This document shows positions 27,295 to 35,650 of a stretch of DNA of 64,000 nucleotides, piece by piece. How positions within the stretch are numbered: position 1 is the first letter of the stretch; each line of letters starts with the position of its first letter. The DNA is taken from NCBI GenBank assembly GCA_963718235.1, contig CAVQYR010000001.1, positions 1,632,001 to 1,696,000 of the forward strand, read 5' to 3'. Made by a program: the position numbers and the translations under genes. The notes beneath the pieces are model-generated. The model was not told the origin of the DNA. It ran no database searches and worked only from the letters and a program-made list of their open reading frames with translations. This DNA is from an uncultured Actinomycetota bacterium (GTDB lineage: Bacteria > Actinomycetota > Actinomycetes > JAHEKZ01).

Positions 27295-27558
27295 ATGAAG
27301 AGCTTCGAGGTGCTGTTCGCCGAGCTCCAGGAGCGCGCGGCGTACCGACCGGACGACTCGACCACCGTCCGGCTGCTCGACGGAGGGGTGCACGCCATCG
27401 GGAAGAAGGTCGTCGAGGAGGCCGCCGAGGTCTGGATGGCCGCCGAGCACGAGGGCCCCGAGCGGACCGCCGACGAGATCGCCCAGCTGCTCTACCACCT
27501 GCAGGTGCTGATGGTCGCCTGCGACCTGTCCCTGCAAGATGTCTACGAGCGCCTGTGA
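27295..27558 (+). CDS. hisE: Phosphoribosyl-ATP diphosphatase
   Basis: [11 protein letters not shown]...[13 protein letters not shown]...EIAQLLYH. Confidence 0.95.
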   Translation: MKSFEVLFAELQERAAYRPDDSTTVRLLDGGVHAIGKKVVEEAAEVWMAAEHEGPERTADEIAQLLYHLQVLMVACDLSLQDVYERL

Positions 27559-27595
27559 ACGCCACCTCGGCCCGCTCACCCAGGGAGGTCTGAAG

Positions 27596-28441
27596 GTGCT
27601 TCGCGTCGCCGTCCCCAACAAGGGCTCGCTGTCCGATGCGTCCGTGCAGATGCTGCGCGAGTCCGGCTACCGTCAGCGCTCGGCCACGCGCGAGCTCGTG
27701 CTGCGCGACGACGACAACGGCACGGAGTTCTTCTACCTGCGGCCCCGAGACATCGCCACGTACGTGGGCTCCGGCCAGCTCGACGTCGGCATCACCGGGC
27801 GCGACCTCCTGCTCGACGGTGACTCGTCCGCGCGCGAGCTGCTGCCCTTGGGGTTCGGGCGGTCGACCTTCCGGTTCGCCGCGCGCCCCGGGACTGCCGC
27901 GGACGTGAGCGGATTCCAGGGGCTGCGGATCGCGACGTCGTACCCGGGCCTCGTGGCCCGCCACCTCGACGAGCACGGTGTGCAGGCCTCGGTGATCCGC
28001 CTCGACGGCGCGGTCGAGACCTCGGTACAGCTCGGCGTGGCCGACGTGATCGCCGACGTGGTCGAGACGGGAACGACCCTGCGCCAGGCGGGTCTGGAGC
28101 TCGTCGGCGAGCCGATCCTGCACAGCGAGGCGGTCCTCGTGTGCCGCTCGGAGGCGAGGGAGTCGACGGCCGTGGACCAGCTGGTCCGCCGGCTCAACGG
28201 CGTGATCGTCGCTCGCGCGTACGTGATCTTCGACTACGACGTGCGTACCCACCTGCTCGATGCCGCGTGCGCACTGACCCCGGGCATCGAGTCACCGACC
28301 GTGTCGCCGCTGCACGACGAGGGATGGGTGGCGGTCCGGGCTCTGGTGCCGCGGGCCGACACCAACAACGTGATGGACGCGCTCTACGACCTGGGCGCGC
28401 GGGGGATCCTGGTCACCGACATCCATGCGTGCCGTCTGTGA
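27596..28441 (+). CDS. hisG: ATP phosphoribosyltransferase (long form)
   Basis: LRVAVPNKG, DVVETGTTL, PTVSPL C-terminal regulatory domain. Confidence 0.96.
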   Translation: MLRVAVPNKGSLSDASVQMLRESGYRQRSATRELVLRDDDNGTEFFYLRPRDIATYVGSGQLDVGITGRDLLLDGDSSARELLPLGFGRSTFRFAARPGTAADVSGFQGLRIATSYPGLVARHLDEHGVQASVIRLDGAVETSVQLGVADVIADVVETGTTLRQAGLELVGEPILHSEAVLVCRSEARESTAVDQLVRRLNGVIVARAYVIFDYDVRTHLLDAACALTPGIESPTVSPLHDEGWVAVRALVPRADTNNVMDALYDLGARGILVTDIHACRL

Positions 28442-28465
28442 CCGGCCAAGGGTGACTGGCTGACG

Positions 28466-29230
28466 ATGACCGACGAGCGCATCATCGGCAAAGAGCTGCC
28501 GACCCCGCAGTTCGCCTCCGACGACGGGTCCGCCGACCCGGCGCTGCGGGTGGCGCTGAGCGCCTACGCACAGGGAGTGGCCACCGGCGGAGACGTGCTC
28601 GAGGCGTTGGTCGAGACCCGGGTCCTGATCCCCGTCGTGGCCGTCCTCGAGCAGTCGGCGACGTCGGCCGACGGGCTCGCGATCGACAAGGAGTCGTCGA
28701 TGGCGACGGTCACCGTGCGGCGCGCGGACGGCGGCTGCTCGCTGCTGGGGTTCACCTCGACCGCCGCGCTGGCGGCCTGGCGCGCCGACGCCCGTCCGGT
28801 GCCGGTGGAGGCGCGACGTGCGGCCCAGGCGGCACTGGCCGAGGGCGCCGACACCCTTCTGCTCGATGTCGCCGGCCCGTCGCCGTTCGCCGTCAGCGGG
28901 GGTGAGCTGCGCATCCTTGCCTTTGCCCCTGACGTGACCGTGGCACCGCACGACGACCCCGACGTGGCAGCGGCGATCAGTGCCCACGTGGTCGACGAGC
29001 CGGCGGTCACCGCCGTCCTCGCCGAACCGTCCGACTCCGGGCTCCGGTTGACCCTCGTCGTGGCTCGGTCGATCGGCGCCGCGCAGTTCCGCGCCCTCGT
29101 GCCCCGGCTGTCCCAGCGGCTAGCGTCCGACCTGCTCCTTCGCTCCCGTCTGACCGGCGGTCTGCAGCTGGTCGTGGTCCCCCCGGAGCGTGAGCCGACC
29201 GGGGCTGTGGTGGTCTTCCGGCGCGCCTGA
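28466..29230 (+). CDS. SseB family protein
   Basis: DDGSADP...RVLIPVVA...DKESSMA...LLGFTS...AAWR.DARP; family usually found next to DUF1844/infC in actinomycetes. Confidence 0.8.
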   Translation: MTDERIIGKELPTPQFASDDGSADPALRVALSAYAQGVATGGDVLEALVETRVLIPVVAVLEQSATSADGLAIDKESSMATVTVRRADGGCSLLGFTSTAALAAWRADARPVPVEARRAAQAALAEGADTLLLDVAGPSPFAVSGGELRILAFAPDVTVAPHDDPDVAAAISAHVVDEPAVTAVLAEPSDSGLRLTLVVARSIGAAQFRALVPRLSQRLASDLLLRSRLTGGLQLVVVPPEREPTGAVVVFRRA

Positions 29231-29312
29231 CTGGTGTGCACCTTCCGGCTTTGGCATCCTGGGCGGTGCGGCCGGTCCGGGAGCCGCCCCCTCCAGCAAG
29301 CAAGGACTCACC

Positions 29313-30038
29313 ATGCCCTCCAACGCGCCGCTTCGGATGCCGCGCAAGCTCCTCGCCGAGCTGATCGGCACGTTCGCTCTGGTGTTCCTGGCCGTGGGTG
29401 CGGCAGTGACCGGCCGGTACGACCTCGGCGGGGTCGGGGTCGCACTCGGCTTCGGCCTGGTCCTCACGTTCCTGGTCTTCGCGATCGGCTCGATCTCCGG
29501 TGCTCACGTGAACCCGGCGGTCACGCTCGCGATGATGGTCGGCCGCCAGATGCCGGTGAAAGAGGGACTCTCCTACATGGGCGCCCAGGTGGTCGGCGCG
29601 ATCGGTGGCGCCTTCCTGCTGTGGCTGCTCGTCCAGCAAGGGGTCGAGGACCAGACCGGGGGCCTCGGGGCCAACGCCTACGGGCCAGCCACCGGCGGAG
29701 CGGTGGGCGCGTTCATCCTCGAGACCGCGCTGACCGCGCTGTTCGTCTACGTGATCCTGCTCGTCACCGAGAAGGGCGTGCCCCCGGTCGGGACCGGGAT
29801 CGCCATCGGTGCGGCACTGACGACCGTCCACCTCGTCGGCATCCCACTCACCGGCACCTCGGTGAACCCGGCCCGCTCGATCGGCCCGGCGCTGTTCCAG
29901 GGTGGCGACGCACTGTCCCAGCTCTGGCTGTTCATCCTCGCCCCGTTGGTCGGGGGTCTGCTCGCCGTCGTGCTCTGGCGGGCCACGCACATCGGGCACG
30001 AGACCGACACCGACAGCCAGCTCGCCGACCTGGACTAG
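29313..30038 (+). CDS. aqpZ: Aquaporin (MIP family, AqpZ-type)
   Basis: Two NPA boxes (SGAHVNPAVT, GTSVNPARS); ar/R residues appear to be F/H/T/R. Confidence 0.88.
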   Translation: MPSNAPLRMPRKLLAELIGTFALVFLAVGAAVTGRYDLGGVGVALGFGLVLTFLVFAIGSISGAHVNPAVTLAMMVGRQMPVKEGLSYMGAQVVGAIGGAFLLWLLVQQGVEDQTGGLGANAYGPATGGAVGAFILETALTALFVYVILLVTEKGVPPVGTGIAIGAALTTVHLVGIPLTGTSVNPARSIGPALFQGGDALSQLWLFILAPLVGGLLAVVLWRATHIGHETDTDSQLADLD

Positions 30039-30385
30039 AACACCGGGCCGGTCCACGTCTCGCCCGGGCCGTCCCCGGGCGCGTCGGGGAACGGCGAGGC
30101 CTCACGGAACGCGCGCTGCAACGCCGTGAGACCGTCGCGCAGCGGTGCCGCGTGGAACGTCCCGATCGACGGCGCGGCCGCCGTGACCAGCCCGGCGAGG
30201 GCGGTGATGAGCGTGCGGGCCTCGTCCAGGTCGAGGTGGCGGGCGGTGGCCTCGTCCTCGGCCAGGCCGACCTTCACCGCGGCGGCGCTCATGAGGTGCA
30301 GTGCGGTGGTCGTCACCACCTCGATCGCCGGGACGTCGGCCAGGTCCCGCGCCGGGTTCTGGGCATTCGTCTGGTCGGGGTCCAC
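30035..30385 (-). CDS. DUF1844 domain protein
   Basis: [11 protein letters not shown]...[11 protein letters not shown]...[14 protein letters not shown]...PGDGPGE; conserved divergent neighbour of infC. Confidence 0.88.
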   Translation of the reverse strand: MDPDQTNAQNPARDLADVPAIEVVTTTALHLMSAAAVKVGLAEDEATARHLDLDEARTLITALAGLVTAAAPSIGTFHAAPLRDGLTALQRAFREASPFPDAPGDGPGETWTGPVF

Positions 30386-30436
30386 CCTGGTAGCCTCTCA
30401 GGTCAGACCGGTCGGATCCTCTGGGGTCCGGTCTGC

Positions 30437-30595
30437 AAGCGGAGCCCGTCTCCCACCTCTGCAGCCCACGGGCGGCAGGGGTCAGGTCCCGAGTACGACG
30501 GAGCCGATCCTCGGCCCCGTCGTCCACCGTTGGGCAACCTTCGGTGCGGTGCCAAGGGCTCGCGCGTGCACGGTGACGCCGAGCCCTTTCGGCGT
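30437..30595 (+). ncRNA. Putative L20 ribosomal-protein leader
   Basis: AAGCGGAGCCCGTCTCCCACCT resembles the 5' core of the L20 leader; GAGCCC could pair with GGGCTC in the downstream stem GCCAAGGGCTCG...CGAGCCCTTTCGGC; lies upstream of infC-rpmI-rplT; -10 TAGCCT at 30391. Confidence 0.6.
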
Positions 30596-30629
30596 CTCTG
30601 GGGCAACCACTGCGAACCAAGGAGCGCCC

Positions 30630-31232
30630 ATCAGCACGGAGACCCGCATCAACGACCGGATCCGCGTCCCTGAGGTGCGGTTGGTCGGGCCGAACGGAGA
30701 GCAGGTGGGAATCGTCCGGATCGAGGACGCCCTGCGGCTCGCCCAGGAGTCAGACCTCGACCTCGTCGAGGTGGCCCCGATGGCCCGCCCCCCGGTGTGC
30801 AAGCTCATGGACTTCGGCAAGTTCAAGTACGAGTCCGCCCTGAAGGCGCGTGAGGCCCGCAAGAACCAGGCCCACACGGTTATCAAGGAGATGAAGCTTC
30901 GGCCCAAGATCGACCCGCACGACTACGAGACCAAGAAGGGTCACGTCGTCCGGTTCCTCAAGGCCGGCGACAAGGTCAAGATCACGATCATGTTCCGCGG
31001 TCGTGAGCAGAGCCGCCCCGAGCTGGGGTTCCGGCTGCTGCAGCGGTTGGCCGCCGACGTCGTCGACCTGGGGTTCGTCGAGTCCGCCCCGAAGCAGGAC
31101 GGCCGGAACATGGTCATGGTGCTGGGTCCGACCCGCAAGAAGGCCGACGTGATGGCCGAGCAGCGAGCCGACCGCGAGTCCCGCAAGACCAGCGTCGACG
31201 CCGAGCCGCTCGACACCGACATCGACGCCTGA
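30630..31232 (+). CDS. infC: Translation initiation factor IF-3 (non-canonical ATC start)
   Basis: SD AAGGAG 30619-30624 then ATC-AGC-ACG-GAG ([12 protein letters not shown]); DLVEVAP, GDKVK. Confidence 0.95.
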   Translation: MSTETRINDRIRVPEVRLVGPNGEQVGIVRIEDALRLAQESDLDLVEVAPMARPPVCKLMDFGKFKYESALKAREARKNQAHTVIKEMKLRPKIDPHDYETKKGHVVRFLKAGDKVKITIMFRGREQSRPELGFRLLQRLAADVVDLGFVESAPKQDGRNMVMVLGPTRKKADVMAEQRADRESRKTSVDAEPLDTDIDA

Positions 31233-31282
31233 GCCAAGCCGCACGAGCACGACCCGACGACGCACGAGGAGACGAAGGCGAC

Positions 31283-31477
31283 ATGCCGAAGATGAAGACG
31301 CACAGCGGTGCGAAGAAGCGCTTCCGGGTGACCGGCAGCGGCAAGCTGATGCGTGAGCGCACGAACAAGCGTCACCTGCTCGAGGGCAAGTCGAGCAAGC
31401 GCACGCGTCGCCTCTCAGTCGACGTCCAGGTCAGCCCGGCTGACACCGCCAAGGCCAACAAGCTGCTGGGCCGCTGA
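31283..31477 (+). CDS. rpmI: 50S ribosomal protein L35
   Basis: [21 protein letters not shown]. Confidence 0.98.
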   Translation: MPKMKTHSGAKKRFRVTGSGKLMRERTNKRHLLEGKSSKRTRRLSVDVQVSPADTAKANKLLGR

Positions 31478-31507
31478 CGCCCCCGATCTCCTGCAGGAGG
31501 AACCGAC

Positions 31508-31888
31508 ATGGCACGCGTCAAGCGCGCAGTCAACGCGCACAAGAAGCGCCGCACGACCCTGGAACGCGCCTCCGGCTACCGCGGGCAGCGGTCCCGGCTG
31601 TACCGCAAGGCCAAAGAGCAGGTCACTCACTCCCTGGGCTACTCCTACCGCGACCGCAAGGCGCGCAAGGGCGACTTCCGTCGGCTGTGGATCCAGCGGA
31701 TCAACGCCGCCTCCCGGGCGCAGGGCCTCACCTACAACCGGTTCGTGCAGGGTCTGAAGCTAGCTGGCATCGAGGTCGACCGGCGGATGCTCGCCGAGCT
31801 GGCCGTGAACGACCCGGCCGCGTTCAACGCCCTGGTCCAGACCGCCAAGGACGCACTTCCGGCCGACCGCAACGCTCCGGCTGCCTGA
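31508..31888 (+). CDS. rplT: 50S ribosomal protein L20
   Basis: [15 protein letters not shown]...[12 protein letters not shown]. Confidence 0.98.
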   Translation: MARVKRAVNAHKKRRTTLERASGYRGQRSRLYRKAKEQVTHSLGYSYRDRKARKGDFRRLWIQRINAASRAQGLTYNRFVQGLKLAGIEVDRRMLAELAVNDPAAFNALVQTAKDALPADRNAPAA

Positions 31889-31895
31889 GCCCGAC

Positions 31896-32831
31896 GTGAC
31901 TGCGCGGCCCTCCCGCCCGCACCCGTTCGCCTCGACCCCCGTGCCGCACCGCGCGGCGGTCAAAGCCGCCCGTCGACTGACGAAACGCTCGTTTCGTCAG
32001 TCCGACGGGCGGTTTCTGGTCGAAGGACCGCAGGCGGTGCGTGAGGCGCTCGCCCGCGGCGCCGGTCCCTCCGCAGGTGTGCAGACTCTGTTCGTGACCG
32101 CCGATGCGGCCTCCCGCCACCCCGAGCTCCTGTCCGCGGCGTCGTCGGCCGGGGTCGAGGTGCACCGGGTCGGCAACGACGTCGTGGGGGAGCTCACCCA
32201 GACCGTCACCCCGCAGGGAGTCGTCGCGGTCTGCGACGTCCTCGACGTGCCGCTGGACTCGGTCCTGTCCACGCACCCGCGGCTCGTCGCGCTGCTGGCC
32301 GAGGTCCGCGACCCCGGCAACGCCGGCTCGGTCCTCCGGGCGGCCGACGCGGCCGGCGCCGACGCGGTGATCTTCTCCAGCGGGTCGGTCGACGCCTACA
32401 ACGGCAAGGTCGTGCGCGCCTCGGTGGGCGGGCTGTTCCACGTGCCGGTGGTCACCGACGTCCCCGTGCTGGACACGATGGCCCAGCTGCGTGCCTCCGG
32501 GCTCCAGGTGCTGGCGGCCGACGGAGCAGGAGACACCGACCTCGACGACGCCGAGCGCACCGGGCTGCTGACTGCGCCCACCGCCTGGGTGTTCGGGAAC
32601 GAGGCGTGGGGCCTCCCGCAGCAGGTGCGCGACGCGGCTGACGCCGTCGTCTCCATCCCGATCTACGGGCGGGCCGAGAGCCTCAACCTGGCCACCGCTG
32701 CGGCGCTGTGCCTGTACGCCAGCGTGCGGGCGTCGCGTGCGTCGGTCGACCAAGGGCGCAGGGGATGCAGAAGTCGGGCGGTGAGCGGTAGCGCCCTCGG
32801 AGATCCGGTGCTGGTAGGGCGATGCTGGTAG
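31896..32831 (+). CDS. TrmH/SpoU family RNA methyltransferase (TsnR-like)
   Basis: RDPGNAGSVLRAADA, FGNEAWG, ESLNLATAA; the tail after ASVRASR looks like read-through. Confidence 0.9.
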   Translation: MTARPSRPHPFASTPVPHRAAVKAARRLTKRSFRQSDGRFLVEGPQAVREALARGAGPSAGVQTLFVTADAASRHPELLSAASSAGVEVHRVGNDVVGELTQTVTPQGVVAVCDVLDVPLDSVLSTHPRLVALLAEVRDPGNAGSVLRAADAAGADAVIFSSGSVDAYNGKVVRASVGGLFHVPVVTDVPVLDTMAQLRASGLQVLAADGAGDTDLDDAERTGLLTAPTAWVFGNEAWGLPQQVRDAADAVVSIPIYGRAESLNLATAAALCLYASVRASRASVDQGRRGCRSRAVSGSALGDPVLVGRCW

Positions 32832-34159
32832 GGCGAGCTGTGGGGCGTGGTGGGTGCTGGTCGGGGCGGTGCTGGTCGGGGCGGTGCTGGTCGAGGCGGT
32901 GCCGGTCCAGGACCGCGGGGGTCGCTCGCGAGGCACTGGCTGTGCGGACCGCGGAACCACAGCCGGGCATTGGCGCCGGACACTGGGTCGTCCTCGGTGA
33001 CCGACCAGCCACCCTCGTGCACGAGTCGGTGGTGGTAGCGGCACAGCAGGAGCCCGTTGGCGAAGTCAGTGGTCCCGCCATGGGTCCACGAAACGCGGTG
33101 GTGGGCGTCGGTGTAGCGCGGCGGACGGCTGCAGCCGGGGAACCGGCAGCCACCGTCGCGCACGGACAGGGCGCGCCGTTGGGCCGGACTGAACAGCCGC
33201 TGAGCTCGGCCCAGGTCGACCGGCACGGAGCCCGGGCCCAGCACCACACGGGAGACGACTGCGTCACAGCCCAGCCGTCCCACGGCGACCGGCGTGAGCA
33301 GTCCCGGACCGCCGGGGGTGCCCGAGACCGTGCCCGGAGCCCCGCAACTCGGATCGGCCAGGGCGTCCAGCGGGACCAGCACCTCGAGCCGTGTAGGTGC
33401 GCCGGACAGCGTCGGTAGCCGTTCGCTCTTCATGGCCAGTGCCGCGATCTCGACGAGGCCGTCGGCCCGGCGCTGCGCAACCGAACGCCGGTCGTCGGGG
33501 TCGCTGGGTACGCCGAACGGCGCCAGCGCCGCCGTGACCATCGCGGTGGCCTCGGCGTCGAGCAGACCGTCGAGTGCGGTCATGCCGTCGAGGAGCGGGG
33601 ACAGGGTCAGGTAGCGGCGGTCGAACTGGTCGCGTGCGTCATCGAGCGCCCCGTCGGGGTCGACGGTGTGACGCAGAGCCCGACCGGCGGTGCGCACTCG
33701 ACCGGCGTCGACGCGGTGCGCCAGTTCGGTCAGCACGCCGACTGCTTCGGCCTGGACAGCGTCCGGCAACGGCCGGACCGACCGTTCGATCGCCCGGACC
33801 TGGTCGTAGGTCACCCCACCCGCTGCCAAGGCCGCGACCGGCTCGCGCAGCACGCATCGGCCGGCGCGCGCGATCCGGACCCGCTCGCTGGCATCGCCGG
33901 GGGCCAGGTGTGCCGCACCCTGCAGCCAGGCCCCGGTCGACTGCGCGCCGTGCAGGACCTGACCGTCTCCGTGGGTGTCGAAGCTGCTGAGGACCTCGAG
34001 GAAGGCGGCTTCGGTAGCGTCGACCAGCTGCCGCAGCCCGACCAGCCAGGCCGCCCGCTCCTCAGCCGTCGCCGGCGCCACGCGTGGGGTGTCCGACCAG
34101 GCGCGCACGTCGTCGAGCACCGACCGCACAGGCGCGGGGAGGACGTCGGGAACGAACAC
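32663..34159 (-). CDS. DUF222 (13E12 repeat family) protein with C-terminal HNH endonuclease
   Basis: DDRRSVAQRRADGL, RLGCDA, GRAQRLFSPAQRRAL.VRDGGCRFPGC...DAHH...WTHGGTTD..NGLLLCRYHH.LVH; the family-like end DPRGP is near 32910. Confidence 0.9.
   Translation of the reverse strand: MFVPDVLPAPVRSVLDDVRAWSDTPRVAPATAEERAAWLVGLRQLVDATEAAFLEVLSSFDTHGDGQVLHGAQSTGAWLQGAAHLAPGDASERVRIARAGRCVLREPVAALAAGGVTYDQVRAIERSVRPLPDAVQAEAVGVLTELAHRVDAGRVRTAGRALRHTVDPDGALDDARDQFDRRYLTLSPLLDGMTALDGLLDAEATAMVTAALAPFGVPSDPDDRRSVAQRRADGLVEIAALAMKSERLPTLSGAPTRLEVLVPLDALADPSCGAPGTVSGTPGGPGLLTPVAVGRLGCDAVVSRVVLGPGSVPVDLGRAQRLFSPAQRRALSVRDGGCRFPGCSRPPRYTDAHHRVSWTHGGTTDFANGLLLCRYHHRLVHEGGWSVTEDDPVSGANARLWFRGPHSQCLASDPRGPGPAPPRPAPPRPAPPRPAPTTPHSSPYQHRPTSTGSPRALPLTARLLHPLRPWSTDARDARTLAYRHSAAAVARLRLSARP
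32807..32907. repeat. Degenerate 14-15 bp tandem repeat (GGTGCTGGTCGGGGC)
   Basis: Units at 32807, 32821, 32853, 32868, 32883 and a partial unit at 32898. Confidence 0.85.
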
Positions 34160-34189
34160 GAGAGCAGGCTCCGAACCGGGGGACGGGAC

Positions 34190-34335
34190 GTGGCGGCGTC
34201 GGTGCTGCTGACCGTCTCTTGTTGCCCGGTCTTCGCTGGCTCGTCAACTGGAGCGCGGGAACGCGCTGCCTCGCATACTTCTCAGGGAGCACCCTGTCGC
34301 CTCGATGTGGGCCGGGGTGCCGTCTTCGTCGCCAC
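34190..34335 (-). ncRNA. Putative structured RNA leader of the DUF222-HNH gene
   Basis: Outer stem GTGGCGACG / CGCCGCCAC (8 of 9 pairs) encloses hairpins CAGGG-TGCT-CCCTG, AGCGCG-TTCC-CGCGCT and GACCG-N12-CGGTC; judged by eye only. Confidence 0.35.
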
Positions 34336-34380
34336 TCGAACAAGTGTTCGAATTCTACCGTGCCGAACGATGCCGGTCAA
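34336..34380 (-). promoter_or_regulatory. sigmaA-type promoter with LexA (SOS) box
   Basis: -35 TTGACC (34380-34375), 17-nt spacer, -10 TAGAAT (34357-34352), followed at once by TCGAAC-N4-GTTCGA (34336-34351), the actinobacterial SOS box. Confidence 0.9.
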
Positions 34381-34492
34381 CCCCCTGTGCGCGACCGAGC
34401 CGGACCATCGGGGTGCTGCTCGGGTCCGGCGTCCGGGGGTGGGACCAGGGGCGTGCCCGGAAATGGCCAGCCGCGGCGGCTAGGCTCCGCCC

Positions 34493-35596
34493 GTGCCGAG
34501 CAGCGCCCCTCCCACCGCCGCCGCCGACGACGGGGCGAGTCCGGTCGACTACGACGTCCTCCCCGACGGCGTGGTCGTGGCCGACGCACACGGCACGGTC
34601 GTGGTGTTCAACCGGGCCGCCGAACGGGTCACCGGGCTGCGCGCCGAGCAGGCCCTGGGGCGGCCGCTGGTCGAGGCCCTCCCACTCACCGACGGCGCCG
34701 GTCGCGACTGGTGGCTGGTCAGCAACCCGTTCGGCGGCCTGGCGACCAGGACCCGCCAGGTCGAGCGGGCGCTGTCCCTGCCCGACGGTCGCACCGTCCT
34801 GGCCACCGCCGCCTACCAGCGCAAGCAGCGGGGTGGGCCCGTGCAGCGGGTGGTCATCGCTCTGCGGGGCACGGAGGCGCGCGACCGGATGGAGCAGGTC
34901 CACGCCGACCTGATCGCCACGGTCGCCCACGAGCTGCGCTCGCCGTTGACCGGCGTCAAGGGCTTCACCGCGACCCTGCTCGGCAAGTGGGAGAAGTTCA
35001 CCGACGAGCAGCGACGCCTCATGCTGGAGGCGGTCGACTCCGACGCCGACCGGCTCACCCGGCTGATCGCCGAGCTGCTCGATGTCGCCCGGATCGACTC
35101 CGGCCGGGTGCAGCTCCACCGGCTGCCGCTCGACCTGAACGCGCTGGTCCGGCGCCGGGTCGAGGCGCAGGTGGTGGCCGGCCGCGACCGGGACAGCTAT
35201 CAGCTCGACCTGGCGACCGGCGTGCCGGAGGTCTGGGTCGACCCGGACAAGCTCGGCCAGGTCATCGACAACCTGCTGGAGAATGCCGCCCGCCACGGCG
35301 ACGGGCTGATCACCGTGTCGCTGCGCCACGACCCCGACGGTGTGGTGCTGGCGGTGACCGACGAGGGGCCGGGGGTTCCGGAGCACCAGGCCACCCGGGT
35401 GTTCGGCCGGTTCTGGAAGGGACCGGACCGTGGCGGCACCGGCCTGGGGCTGTACGTCGTGCGCGGCCTCGTCGAGGCCCACGGCGGGCGGGTCGCACTC
35501 GTGCCTCCGGAGACAGGAGGCGCCCGGTTCGTCGTCGTGCTGCCTGCGGGCGAGCCGGAGCGAACGGACGCGACCGGTGCGGGGGCGGACTCCTAG
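34493..35596 (+). CDS. Cytoplasmic PAS-domain sensor histidine kinase
   Basis: PAS (PDGVVVAD...FNRAAERVTG), H-box AHELRSPLT, N-box NLLENA, DEGPG, GTGLGL; conserved position before pheS. Confidence 0.92.
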   Translation: MPSSAPPTAAADDGASPVDYDVLPDGVVVADAHGTVVVFNRAAERVTGLRAEQALGRPLVEALPLTDGAGRDWWLVSNPFGGLATRTRQVERALSLPDGRTVLATAAYQRKQRGGPVQRVVIALRGTEARDRMEQVHADLIATVAHELRSPLTGVKGFTATLLGKWEKFTDEQRRLMLEAVDSDADRLTRLIAELLDVARIDSGRVQLHRLPLDLNALVRRRVEAQVVAGRDRDSYQLDLATGVPEVWVDPDKLGQVIDNLLENAARHGDGLITVSLRHDPDGVVLAVTDEGPGVPEHQATRVFGRFWKGPDRGGTGLGLYVVRGLVEAHGGRVALVPPETGGARFVVVLPAGEPERTDATGAGADS

Positions 35597-35650
35597 ACTC
35601 TGCGCGGGGTCCGCCGCCAGGCGCCCGTCCAGCCGTCGACAAGGGAGCCG

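Noticed and set aside
32807-32907. Possible CRISPR-like or guide array beside the HNH gene
   Set aside because: Contiguous low-complexity 14-15 bp units without spacer structure; only one irregular 18-nt interruption
34200-34330. SAM-IV, c-di-GMP-II or cobalamin riboswitch
   Set aside because: Only short fragments (GAGCCAGCGAAGACC, GGCAAC, GGGTGCTCC) resemble these classes; order and core motifs do not match
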